Source: Candidatus Cloacimonadales bacterium (GTDB lineage Bacteria; Cloacimonadota; Cloacimonadia; Cloacimonadales; DAONDQ01). Taken from it: a stretch of DNA of 64,000 bases. Position numbers and translations under genes: made by a program. The DNA is taken from assembly GCA_963662275.1 (NCBI GenBank), contig OY759316.1:2406177-2470176 (forward strand), written 5' to 3'. The notes beneath the pieces were generated by a model, which made no database searches, was not told the DNA's origin, and saw nothing but the letters and a program-made list of their open reading frames with translations. Positions 34,837 through 45,192 of this stretch are shown one piece after another (position 1 is the stretch's first letter; the number at the start of each line of letters is the position of its first letter).

Positions 34837-37041
34837 ATGCGAAACACGACGTTACTAATATGCCTATTCTTAGCCCTATTCCCCATATTTTGCCAAGCCA
34901 TTTATCATGAAGATTGTCTGATACCGGATTTCACAAATGAGACAATTAATCGGGATAATCTACTATATTTCAGTGGCGGTATATTATTCAGGGACTTCAG
35001 AATCTACGATATGACAGATTTGAGCAATCCCGTTATGCTCTCTACGACAAATATCCCTTGTTTAAACGGTACTACATGGCGGATGGCATTGCAGGATAAT
35101 ATTATTTATACAACTTGTAATTCAGATAGTCTATATTTGACAATCCTGGATGTAGCGAATCCTATGCAACCACAGATTTTGAGCAGAAGATGTTTTAGTA
35201 TGGATCCTTACAATCTGATTGTGCAAGGTCATATTGTATATCTGACAAGCCATGATAATTATCTACATATCATTGATGTCTCTGATCTACAAAATCCAAT
35301 TCAAATTAACTCAATTGCTTTAGGAGACTCCACGCAACATATTGGTGAAATGAAACTCAAGGATCATTCTCTCTACATAGCGATGAACACCATTTTAAAG
35401 ATATACGATATCACAAATGCAGAGCAACCCGCATTTATTGGTGAATATCCAACAACTCCGTATAAGTATCATTTAACAATTGGAGACAGTAAGGCTTATC
35501 TGTCTGGATCATCATCAGATTCAACCGGTATCGAAATAATAGATGTAAGTAATTCAGAGAATATTCATCAAATTGGGACGATACAGAATGTTTCGGGAGA
35601 AATATTTTATTCTGATAATCATTTGTACACATGTCATGATACCAGAGTCTCAAATTTCGATGTCTCTGACCCAAACAACCCAATTCTGCTTGGTTTCTAT
35701 GAAAATCCCTTGGGATTGGGAATCAGCGATGTACGAAATGGATATGTGTATGCGCAAAGCTTGTATAATTTCCTACGTATCAATATGAATGATCCTTCAA
35801 ATCAAGTACTAATGGGTAAGTATGAATCGCCCATTGATCCTGCCAGCGTACAAATACAAGGAAATAAGGCAATTTTTAGATTACATTCACAATATGACAA
35901 TATTGTTGGAACAGAATATTCCCTGCAGATACTGGATATTACCCAAACCAATCAGATTCAACATACTAGCACAATTTCAAGTACAAATTATATCACACCT
36001 ATCAAAATTATAGGTCAATATGCTTACGTCATCAATTACAGTAATTCAGCGCTACTTATATATAATATCTCTGATCCTCATGAACCATTATTGGTACACT
36101 CCATGGGGATACTTCTTGAAGGAGCTGCTATTAGAAGAATGGAAGTAGTGGAAAATAGAGCTTACTTACTAAGTATGCATACTCTTTATGTTTTGGACAT
36201 AGCGGATGTAAGTAATCCCAGCATCCTTGGTCAGCTTCCTCAATATGATTATAATATGGTTGACCTGAGAATGAGCGATAATATAGCCTATGTCGCCACC
36301 GATGACGGAGGCATTAATCTGTATGACATCTCCAATCCAACTTCAATAAGCGCTTTGGGAAGGTTTACTAATCCTGTCGAAAATAGCGCATTGCGTTTTT
36401 TCGAGATGTCCGGAGAAATTGCCTATCTAGCTGCCAAAAATAATGGAGTTCAGGTTGTGAACCTGCAAGACCCAGCAAATCCAGTGCTGGTTCAAACAAT
36501 CAAACCCACAACCGACATATGTGTTACACCAATTGCCATATATAATCATTATCTGTTTTTTGGTGATGATTACCGGAATATTATCTATTCCTATGATATT
36601 AGCAACCCGTTGCAGCCCGTTTTTCATCATAGTTTGATATGGAATCAAATGACTGATGTCTTAAGTTCGAATAACAATAGAATCTACTCGATCAGCAGCA
36701 CAAGTATCAATGATTTATCCTTGTCAGAAGGATTCTCACCCATTCAAGATCAGACGATTCCCACAGAGTCAATGAGTTTGAGTAATTACCCGAACCCCTT
36801 TAACCCAGAAACGAAACTTTCATTTACATTGGCAAAACAGACTTTTGTCAAATTAGAGGTATATAATGTACGAGGACAAAAAATAAAAGCACTAGCTTCT
36901 GAATCTATGTCTGCCGGTAAACATCAGATTTCCTGGGATGGAAAAGACGATTTTGGGAAACCTGTAGCTTCAGGTATGTACTTCTCCCGCCTGGAGACAC
37001 CAAGTCAAAAGGTAACCCGGAAGATGTTGCTGCTCAAATAA
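34837..37041 (+). CDS. LVIVD-repeat beta-propeller protein with T9SS-type sorting domain
   Basis: 734 aa with a signal peptide. The recurring motif is (A/I)Y(V/L)....G(L/I).I(I/L)D(V/I)S(D/N)P..P (for example LHIIDVSDLQNP, IEIIDVSNSENI, LYVLDIADVSNP). The CTD is YPNPFNPETKLSF..VYNVRGQKI..SGMYFSRL..RKMLLLK. Confidence 0.8.
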   Translation: MRNTTLLICLFLALFPIFCQAIYHEDCLIPDFTNETINRDNLLYFSGGILFRDFRIYDMTDLSNPVMLSTTNIPCLNGTTWRMALQDNIIYTTCNSDSLYLTILDVANPMQPQILSRRCFSMDPYNLIVQGHIVYLTSHDNYLHIIDVSDLQNPIQINSIALGDSTQHIGEMKLKDHSLYIAMNTILKIYDITNAEQPAFIGEYPTTPYKYHLTIGDSKAYLSGSSSDSTGIEIIDVSNSENIHQIGTIQNVSGEIFYSDNHLYTCHDTRVSNFDVSDPNNPILLGFYENPLGLGISDVRNGYVYAQSLYNFLRINMNDPSNQVLMGKYESPIDPASVQIQGNKAIFRLHSQYDNIVGTEYSLQILDITQTNQIQHTSTISSTNYITPIKIIGQYAYVINYSNSALLIYNISDPHEPLLVHSMGILLEGAAIRRMEVVENRAYLLSMHTLYVLDIADVSNPSILGQLPQYDYNMVDLRMSDNIAYVATDDGGINLYDISNPTSISALGRFTNPVENSALRFFEMSGEIAYLAAKNNGVQVVNLQDPANPVLVQTIKPTTDICVTPIAIYNHYLFFGDDYRNIIYSYDISNPLQPVFHHSLIWNQMTDVLSSNNNRIYSISSTSINDLSLSEGFSPIQDQTIPTESMSLSNYPNPFNPETKLSFTLAKQTFVKLEVYNVRGQKIKALASESMSAGKHQISWDGKDDFGKPVASGMYFSRLETPSQKVTRKMLLLK

Positions 37042-37126
37042 CCTAGCATTGACTGGCAGTGGCAATCCCTAACATAAGTAGAATTCGACAATACCATTGT
37101 CTCATACTACAGTTTACCAAACTATG

Positions 37127-40099
37127 CTACTTAGCTTGTTTCAGGATTGTCACTGTCAAAGGATTCAATTCTATAGAATGACCAGAGATCATTCTTACTC
37201 CAGAAAGATTGGAAACCTTGCTGATACCTGCTTCATCATCATCTACAATAATCTCTGAACTTGATAAATCCAAATTCGTATTGAACTGTCTTTGCCTATT
37301 ATCTGCATTGACAAATACAAAGTACTTTGTCCCGTCAGTTGCCGTACACTGGTAGGCAATCGCCACGTCATTAGATTTGATATCAGGGCTTTGAATCATT
37401 TGAACATTAGAACGCACTAATGTCTCAGTTCCCAACCTGAAGGCATCTGTTGAACGTCTGAGTTTAATCAAACCGGAAGTATAATTCATCGTTAGTTGTG
37501 ATACTCCAGGTGTAGTTACTTTTTCCCAATCGAACTTATTCAGAGCATCTGAAGAATCGTAGGTATCCTGGATGAAATATGGATACTGCAAGCCTTGAAC
37601 CGTGGTATATTTATCCTGTGGTTTACCTTCAGCACGCCATTGCTTGGTTCTGCCATATTCCTGTCCTGCATGTAGGAAAGCAATTCCCTGGCTTGTTAGA
37701 ACTATAGCATTTCCGATGCGTAATCGTTTCTGGATTTCATTCTCATCAGCCTGGATATCAGGGTCTTTCTTCAGTGTAACGGCAATGATATCATGAACTG
37801 TCAGATTGTCATGCGCTTCGATGTACTGAACGACATCACCGGGGTCATCTTCTTTCATATTGACAGGTTTACCGATTAGATCATTGAAAATCATTTGAAT
37901 ATTACGAGCACCACCTGTAATAAAACGAGGCTGTCCTTCACTGCCAAAACCTGATTTGAGTTCATTACGGAATTCATCCGAAAAACAGGCGGCTGCATCG
38001 CTCTGGCTAACCCAATCCTGGTCAGCAGCTACACGTTTATCGCCATCATCACCGCTATAGGTTTTCCAACCTTCGCCAATAAAGACAATATTCGGATTTA
38101 ACTGGCTTGTTTTGTTATATGCAAGCTGAACTGTCTCTGCATCTAAATCCCCCATCAGGTCAAAACGGAAACCATCAACCTTATATTCACTCACCCAATA
38201 GATCATAGAATCTGTGATCAATTTGCGAGTCATGTAATGAGTCGTACCGGGTCTGCCACCGCCGTAACTTAATTTTGGCTTTCCATCCTTATCCATGAAA
38301 TGGTAATAATTGGGAACTATATCTTCCAGGATAGAAAGCTTGGCTGTGTGATTATAAACAGCATCCAGGATTACACCCATTCCTCTTTTATGGATTTCAT
38401 TAATCAATTCTTTCAATTCAGTAATACGTAATTGAGGATCAGAGGAATTGGTAGAGTACATACCTTCGGGAGTAAAGTAATTATGAGGATCATATCCCCA
38501 ATTGTAATTATTGTTTTGGGTTGAGTATTGTGTTTCACGAATACCATTCTTCATTTCAGTACCGAAATAGTAGTTCATAATAGGGAGTAATTGCACATGA
38601 GTCACACCCAGGGATTTAATATAGTCCAGTTTCTCAATAAATGCCTTATAAGTGCCGAATTGTGCTTTTGTTGTGATACTGGGGTCTGATGTGAAATCAC
38701 GGACATGTACTTCATAGATAATCGTATCTTCTCTCTTTGTGAAACCGTCGATATTTGCATACTGAAGCTTTACTCCAATTGCTGAAGGATTCACAATGGC
38801 AGCTTTTCCCGCAGTATCTTTGCTTTCACTGTTAAAGGCAGCCATGGATTTAGCATATGGATCCAGTACTTCTTTAGTAATACCCTGGTTTGTCACAGAA
38901 TAAGAGTAACATTGCTCAAGCAGATCTTCACTCAGTTTTGTACTCCAAACACCTTTATCCCCTTTTACCATAGTGACTCGCTTATAGGAATTAGCAGATT
39001 CTTCACCTTTATGGAAAAGATTCAATACAACGGCAGAAGCCAAAGGTGACCAGAGCTTGAATTCCGTGCTTGTTGGTGTATAGAAACATCCCAGTTCACC
39101 ATCATAGCTGAATAATGCATCGATGCTTTTCCAATCCGTACCTGAATTGGCAATCATCTCTCCACATTTGATTTGATACTTTTGAGCTATGTCTAATTTC
39201 TCCTTCATCTGAAGGACTACTTTTGTATCGTTAATTGGTATTTGTTTCAGGATTGTGATAGCTTTATCATTGAGTAAGACTTGCATGTTGCCTTGATACT
39301 TTGATCTGAACTCAACGGTAATCTCATTTTCAGAAGTAATCGTTGCCTTTTCAATCCGATTAGCTGTGTTTTTTTGCACATCATCATATTTCGTATAAAC
39401 AGCAGGATCAGTTGTAATAACATATGCTTCTTTATTGAGAGCTGGAAGAGGAAACTTACGGTCAGCTCCAACATCTTTCTGATCACCGTTATGTACGATA
39501 AAGTTCAATGTACCAGTGCCTTTGTAGAGAATATCCCAATAAACTCCTTTATCCGAAGTACCAGATGGCTTTAGAGCTGCATTCCAGTTTGCTGTGGTTC
39601 CATCATAGCCATCTCCCCAAACATGCAATCCCCAACCTGTGTATTGATTGTCAAAACGAATGTAATATAAACGTACTGATTTGTTCGCTTGCCCGGGAGC
39701 TATCTTCACCATATCAGAGGCATTTGCCTGCGCATCAGCAAGAGAAAGGTAAGTGCTGGCGTCTTCCGTAATTGTCCAGATCGCTTTATTGGTTTTTGGA
39801 TCTGGATATGTTCGGTCTCCATCAGGATCTTTCTGGTCACCTTTATGAATGATGAACTGTATATCACCGGTACCGGAATATGTTATCTCCCAAACAGCAC
39901 CATATTCAGAGATTGATTTTGGTTGAAGAGCTTTGCTCCATTCAACAGCTTCTCCGGCATAGCCACTACCCCATACATGCAAACCCCAACCGGTATATTG
40001 TTTATCATACCGATGATAATTGATTTGCAGGGTTTCAGCAAAGAGCACACTGCTTAAGAATACCAACAATAGTATTGAACATAAGATAGATATTTTCAT
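37127..40099 (-). CDS. pulA: Type I pullulanase (GH13) with two N-terminal CBM41/pullulanase-associated modules
   Basis: 990 aa with a signal peptide. The duplicated modules are YHRYDKQYTGWGLHVWG and YIRFDNQYTGWGLHVWG. GH13 regions: ILDAVYNHT, GFRFDLMGD, FIGEGW, YIEAHDN. Confidence 0.85.
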   Translation of the reverse strand: MKISILCSILLLVFLSSVLFAETLQINYHRYDKQYTGWGLHVWGSGYAGEAVEWSKALQPKSISEYGAVWEITYSGTGDIQFIIHKGDQKDPDGDRTYPDPKTNKAIWTITEDASTYLSLADAQANASDMVKIAPGQANKSVRLYYIRFDNQYTGWGLHVWGDGYDGTTANWNAALKPSGTSDKGVYWDILYKGTGTLNFIVHNGDQKDVGADRKFPLPALNKEAYVITTDPAVYTKYDDVQKNTANRIEKATITSENEITVEFRSKYQGNMQVLLNDKAITILKQIPINDTKVVLQMKEKLDIAQKYQIKCGEMIANSGTDWKSIDALFSYDGELGCFYTPTSTEFKLWSPLASAVVLNLFHKGEESANSYKRVTMVKGDKGVWSTKLSEDLLEQCYSYSVTNQGITKEVLDPYAKSMAAFNSESKDTAGKAAIVNPSAIGVKLQYANIDGFTKREDTIIYEVHVRDFTSDPSITTKAQFGTYKAFIEKLDYIKSLGVTHVQLLPIMNYYFGTEMKNGIRETQYSTQNNNYNWGYDPHNYFTPEGMYSTNSSDPQLRITELKELINEIHKRGMGVILDAVYNHTAKLSILEDIVPNYYHFMDKDGKPKLSYGGGRPGTTHYMTRKLITDSMIYWVSEYKVDGFRFDLMGDLDAETVQLAYNKTSQLNPNIVFIGEGWKTYSGDDGDKRVAADQDWVSQSDAAACFSDEFRNELKSGFGSEGQPRFITGGARNIQMIFNDLIGKPVNMKEDDPGDVVQYIEAHDNLTVHDIIAVTLKKDPDIQADENEIQKRLRIGNAIVLTSQGIAFLHAGQEYGRTKQWRAEGKPQDKYTTVQGLQYPYFIQDTYDSSDALNKFDWEKVTTPGVSQLTMNYTSGLIKLRRSTDAFRLGTETLVRSNVQMIQSPDIKSNDVAIAYQCTATDGTKYFVFVNADNRQRQFNTNLDLSSSEIIVDDDEAGISKVSNLSGVRMISGHSIELNPLTVTILKQAK

Positions 40100-40381
40100 A
40101 GTTCCTACTCCAACATACGTATTTGTTTATGATGCAAGATACTTATTATAATGATTGAATTAGCGTCCAGATAATAATTTACATTGATAGGAAATGGAAG
40201 AGAAAACTAATCCATTATAAGATAAATCAAAAGTATTAATATATTGACAGGATTTTATACATTTTGCATTTTAACCAATCTGGTTGTAGGAAATTAAAAA
40301 TTACTTAGACTAATATAGTGTGTAGTATAGACTTAACCCATTTTTCAATCATTTTACTGAAACAAATAAATAAATTGAAGG

Positions 40382-43300
40382 ATGTCTATTATGTTTTACA
40401 AATCTTTAATTCTACTTTTCCTATTAACAGTCCTCTCAACTTTATGCTATTCTACAGCGACAACTGACTATTTTCGATCAAATGGGTCTGGGTCATGGGC
40501 TAATGCAGGTACATGGCAATCTTCTTCTGATAATTCAAACTGGGTTCCATCCACATTAGCACCTACAACAGCAGCGAACACTATCACAATTCGTAGTGGA
40601 AACATAGTCACCGTTGATGCTACACTCTCTACTGATCAGACGACTGTAGATGCTGAAGGAGAAATTGATGTCAGTAGTGGTATAACCATGACAATTGCAA
40701 ATGGCAGTGGTACAGACATGACAGTCAATGGTATCTTCAGAAACAATGCAGGAACTATTACAACGACTGGAGCTACCTTATCTTTCGGTAGTGGCGGAAA
40801 ATATCAACATAATTATGTTACTGCTTCGGGTGCAATTCCTCTTGCAACTTGGAATGCTGCATCAACTTGTGAAATCATCGGTTATGCAACCTGGTCAAAT
40901 CCCCCTTCTAATCTAGGACAAAGCTTCGGTAATTTTACCTGGAATTGTCCTTCACAAAACGGAAATATCAGTGCTGGTGGTGCCTTAACTTCAATAGCTG
41001 GCAATTTAACTATTGCCAGTACCGGTGCATCTGCAAAGGAATTTCGATTAGCTGCAACAACGTCACCAACATTAAATATCGGTGGTAATTTAATCCTTTC
41101 GGGTGGAACGCTGAATCTGAGTTCCGGTACAGGGAGCCCGGTTATTAATGTTGCAGGTTACTTGATGATTTCAAATGGAATATTAAACATGAGTTCCAGT
41201 TCTGGAAGTAGTACTATTAATTTATCCGGGAATTATACAATGACAGGAGGTAATTTAACTGAGACAGGATCTGGTGCTGCCAATAGCTTCAATTTCGCAG
41301 GAACAATACCACAGATAATTTCGTTGACAGGTACACAGATCATCAGCAATACAATCAATTTTACTGTGAATAGCAGCGCAATAGTACAATTTGAAACATC
41401 TTCCACTGTTTTGGGTGGATCTGATGGTTCTTTTACTGCAGCCACGACATCAACATTAATGATAAAACATCCAAACGGTATCACTGCTTCTGGTACATCG
41501 GGGTGTATTCAGACCACTGGTACCCGAACATTTAATGTTGCTGCTAATTATACTTATAATGGCAACAGCATGCAATATACAGGAAATGGGTTACCAACAG
41601 CCGTCAATAATCTAACTATTAACAATATTGCAGGGGTAACCTTATCTGCTTCTTGTTCAGTAAGTGGTTTAATCTTATCAACACCACTAACAATTGGCTC
41701 CAATGTTTTAAGTATTGCCGGAAGTGTTTCCGGCACAGGCGGTTTAATTGGGGGCTCTACTTCAAATCTCAGTGTCAGTGGCAGTGGTTCTATTGTATTG
41801 CCTGTAATTTCTTCGGGATTGAATAATTTTAGTGTGACACGATCGAATGGCGTTACCCTCGGATGTTCAGTTACTGTAAGCGGGACATTTACTTTTACGA
41901 GCGGAACTTCATTAACCTTAGATGTAGGAATCTATACACTTACAATCAATGGAACTGCCAGATTTAATGCTACCAATTATATAACTGGAGCAGGTAGTTT
42001 CATTCTAACAAGCGGAGCTACGCTTCAAACGTCCAATTCGTTGGGAATTATTGGTGGTAGCAGTCCCCAAGGAAGTGTGCAAACTGTTACTCGTAATTTT
42101 GACACAAGTGCCAATTACACATTTAGTGCTACAAGTACAAACATTAATACTGGAGGGGGATTACCTTCTGCTGTCAACAATCTAACTATAAGTGGTCCGT
42201 ATGCAGTATATTTATCCACATGGGCATGTACAGTTAACGGAATATTAACTGTTACAAATAGTGTTTTCTATGTTGCAGGCGGGCAAGTACTTTCAGTACA
42301 TGGAACTGCTGTCTTTGATGCGACTAGTACTATATACAGTTTATCATCCGGAAGTGTTTTTCAATTAGAAAGTGGAGCTACACTTAAAACAGCTAATGTA
42401 GATGGAATTAGAGCTTCAGGGGCTTATGGGAGCATTCAAACTACAATACGTTCTTATGATACTGGAGCTAATTATACATATAATGGAACTTCAGCCCAAA
42501 CAACGGGAACTGGTTTACCTGCTAATGTACATGATCTAACAATTATTAATCCAGCCGGGGTTACATTAACCTATTCATGTGCTGTTGAAGGTACATTTAC
42601 TTTATCTTCAGGAAATATTGATTCTAATTCAAAAACACTTACGATTAACGGGACAGCCATTTTCAATGCTTCAAATTATGTGAGTGGTGCTGGAAGCTTT
42701 GTTTTAGCCAGTGGGGCAAACCTTCAAACAGCTAATCCACAAGGTATTACTTCGAGTGGATCTGGAAGCGTACGAACAACCACAAGTACTTTCAGTACAA
42801 GTGCCAATTATGTCTATAACGGCATTGCAACACAAGTTACTGGAAGCAGTTTACCGGCAACCGTTAACAATCTGACGATCAGTAATAATGCCGGAATATC
42901 ATTGTCTAACTCATGTTCTGTCAGCTCTGTTTTAACCTTAACCACACCATTGACTATTGGAGCTTATACTCTGACAATTGCCGGTTCAATTTCCGGTACA
43001 GGGGGATTAGTTGGCGGTAATTCATCCAATCTTTCTATAAATGGTACCGGTCCAATTGTTATACCTTCTGTAATATCTTTAAATAATCTAATTATCAATC
43101 GAACAGGCGTTGTTTCTCTGGTCTATTCACTTAGCGTGAACGGATCTCTAATATTATTAACAGATCTTACTATCGGTGCATACTCTTTAACAATTTCTGG
43201 TTCAATTCCAACTGTTATCGGTGGTCTCATCAGTGGAAGCAGTTCCGATCTAGTTATTGGTGGAAGTGGTGCCTTGATATTACCTGCCATTACTTCTGGT

Positions 43301-45133
43301 TTGCGGAATTTATCAATCAATAGAAGCGGTACTGTTACACTTGGAAGCTCGCTTTCAATAAGTAATACACTAACATTGACTTCCGACCTGTCGATAGGTT
43401 CAAACACACTGACAATCAACGGTACAATTCCATCCAGTACAGGTGGTCTTATAGGAGGAAGCTCTTCTAATATTGTTATTGATGGCAGCACTGTCATGAC
43501 AATGCCTTCTATTACTTCAGGATTGCATGATTTAACAATTAATAGAAGTGGTGGAGTTACACTTGCTAATTCCTTATCCATCGGAGGAGAACTTACTTTA
43601 ACAAATGGTACCTTGGCAGCAGGTTCTTTTCTGAACATGGCTACAGGATCGACAGTTTTAAGAAGTAACGGTTTGTTGACAGGAACGATACAAGGCAGCG
43701 GGATCTATTCAGTTGTTTATACAGGTACTGATAAATCAACAGGGTATGAATTGACTGGCAGCGGTCTTGGAAACCTGACAATTCATTTGGATAGTGGTAG
43801 TACTTTAACGCTTGATCGATCAGTTACTGTGGATAATGATGAATTATTGACCTTCATACAAGGTTCAATCACGCTAGCAAATTATAATCTTACTATTAAT
43901 GGAAGTTATGCAGGAACAAATCAATTTATCTATAATGGTACCGGCATATTGGGCGGAGGAAATATAGGCAGCAATGCTAACGTACAGATTTCATTATCTT
44001 CCCCTGCTTCTATCCCTGCTGTGGTTAACACTCTTGAAATCTCACCCGGTTCAGGAAATACAATTACTTTACCTGGGGATGTAACAACAACTTCGCTCAT
44101 CTTTACTAATGGCAGTTTAGCATTCAATAGCCATATTCTTTCACTGGCCGGGAAAGATTTTGCTGTTCAAGGATCGAATAGCATTTCTGCTTTGAACATC
44201 AGTATGTCACCAACATCACACACATTCTCCGGATATACAAGCATTCCTCATACCTGGCAAACCAATAGTATCTTCAATGGAACAGTGGATATTTTTCTCA
44301 CCTACCCTTCCTCTTTATCGATTTCACCGAAAATGAAAGTATATAACAGAAATCATTCGGATGGAGAAACAAACTGGAATTTCATCGCTCTATTGGATTC
44401 CAATGATCATGATACCTATAGGTCTGTTCATCTGACAGGAATTACTACTTTGAATGGTTCTGCTAAAGGTGATCTTGATTGGACTCTTGTTGAACCGGAT
44501 CAGGATTTACCTGTGGAATTAACTTCCTTTACTGCGATATCTTCTACTTCTCAGTTGTTGGTGACTTTACAATGGACTTCAGGATCTGAAACTAATAACC
44601 TGGGGTTCAATATTATAAGGTCGAATAACGCAGATCTTTCAAATGGTGTATGCCTGAATGCAAATATTATACAAGGTACTAATACATCTCAAAATCATAC
44701 ATATCATTTCTCTGATCTGACTGTTGAAGCTTCCAATACATATTACTACTGGCTCGAAAATATCGATTACAGCGGTATTAGTATGTACAACGGACCCGTT
44801 ATAGTTCAGGTACTTGAACAGGAAAATCCTGATAATCCTCCTGTAATACCGGTTGAATTCACTCTTTTAGATAAAGCATATCCAAATCCTTTCAACCCGG
44901 AAACCAATATTTCCTTTCAATTGAAAACACCAAGTTTTGTAAATATTACGATTTATGATATTAAGGGACAAAAAATACAGACACTTACTTCTAGGAATTG
45001 GGAATTGGGAAGGCATAATCTTGTTTGGTGTGGAACTGATGAAAAAGGAAATGCTGTTAGTAGCGGTATCTATTTCTATCGAATGATTGCGGGTAAGTAC
45101 TCTTCAACCAAGAAAGTCGTTCTAGTGAAGTAA
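40382..45133 (+). CDS. Giant secreted repeat protein (beta-helix/adhesin-like) with pre-CTD module and T9SS-type sorting domain
   Basis: 1583 aa. An alternative start at 40391 has better RBS spacing. It has a signal peptide and internal ~95-aa repeats (GAGSF.L.SGA.LQT.N..GI...GSV.T..R.F...ANY.YNG). It carries LPVELTSFTA..SETNNLGFNIIR. The CTD is YPNPFNPETNISF..IYDIKGQKI..SGIYFYRMIAGKYSSTKKVVLVK. Confidence 0.85.
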   Translation: MSIMFYKSLILLFLLTVLSTLCYSTATTDYFRSNGSGSWANAGTWQSSSDNSNWVPSTLAPTTAANTITIRSGNIVTVDATLSTDQTTVDAEGEIDVSSGITMTIANGSGTDMTVNGIFRNNAGTITTTGATLSFGSGGKYQHNYVTASGAIPLATWNAASTCEIIGYATWSNPPSNLGQSFGNFTWNCPSQNGNISAGGALTSIAGNLTIASTGASAKEFRLAATTSPTLNIGGNLILSGGTLNLSSGTGSPVINVAGYLMISNGILNMSSSSGSSTINLSGNYTMTGGNLTETGSGAANSFNFAGTIPQIISLTGTQIISNTINFTVNSSAIVQFETSSTVLGGSDGSFTAATTSTLMIKHPNGITASGTSGCIQTTGTRTFNVAANYTYNGNSMQYTGNGLPTAVNNLTINNIAGVTLSASCSVSGLILSTPLTIGSNVLSIAGSVSGTGGLIGGSTSNLSVSGSGSIVLPVISSGLNNFSVTRSNGVTLGCSVTVSGTFTFTSGTSLTLDVGIYTLTINGTARFNATNYITGAGSFILTSGATLQTSNSLGIIGGSSPQGSVQTVTRNFDTSANYTFSATSTNINTGGGLPSAVNNLTISGPYAVYLSTWACTVNGILTVTNSVFYVAGGQVLSVHGTAVFDATSTIYSLSSGSVFQLESGATLKTANVDGIRASGAYGSIQTTIRSYDTGANYTYNGTSAQTTGTGLPANVHDLTIINPAGVTLTYSCAVEGTFTLSSGNIDSNSKTLTINGTAIFNASNYVSGAGSFVLASGANLQTANPQGITSSGSGSVRTTTSTFSTSANYVYNGIATQVTGSSLPATVNNLTISNNAGISLSNSCSVSSVLTLTTPLTIGAYTLTIAGSISGTGGLVGGNSSNLSINGTGPIVIPSVISLNNLIINRTGVVSLVYSLSVNGSLILLTDLTIGAYSLTISGSIPTVIGGLISGSSSDLVIGGSGALILPAITSGLRNLSINRSGTVTLGSSLSISNTLTLTSDLSIGSNTLTINGTIPSSTGGLIGGSSSNIVIDGSTVMTMPSITSGLHDLTINRSGGVTLANSLSIGGELTLTNGTLAAGSFLNMATGSTVLRSNGLLTGTIQGSGIYSVVYTGTDKSTGYELTGSGLGNLTIHLDSGSTLTLDRSVTVDNDELLTFIQGSITLANYNLTINGSYAGTNQFIYNGTGILGGGNIGSNANVQISLSSPASIPAVVNTLEISPGSGNTITLPGDVTTTSLIFTNGSLAFNSHILSLAGKDFAVQGSNSISALNISMSPTSHTFSGYTSIPHTWQTNSIFNGTVDIFLTYPSSLSISPKMKVYNRNHSDGETNWNFIALLDSNDHDTYRSVHLTGITTLNGSAKGDLDWTLVEPDQDLPVELTSFTAISSTSQLLVTLQWTSGSETNNLGFNIIRSNNADLSNGVCLNANIIQGTNTSQNHTYHFSDLTVEASNTYYYWLENIDYSGISMYNGPVIVQVLEQENPDNPPVIPVEFTLLDKAYPNPFNPETNISFQLKTPSFVNITIYDIKGQKIQTLTSRNWELGRHNLVWCGTDEKGNAVSSGIYFYRMIAGKYSSTKKVVLVK

Positions 45134-45192
45134 GGGCAAATCTATGACTCAGATAATCGTCATAAGTGATTACTACAGATTGGAGTTTTAAA

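Noticed and set aside
43123-43638. Long antisense ORFs lie inside the giant genes: 43123..43638, 46293..46739, 29741..30253, 52896..53324 and 23241..23501, among others.
   Set aside because: They have no RBS or recognisable domains. They lie fully inside strongly supported genes on the opposite strand. Repetitive Gly/Thr/Ser/Asn-rich coding gives stop-poor antisense frames.
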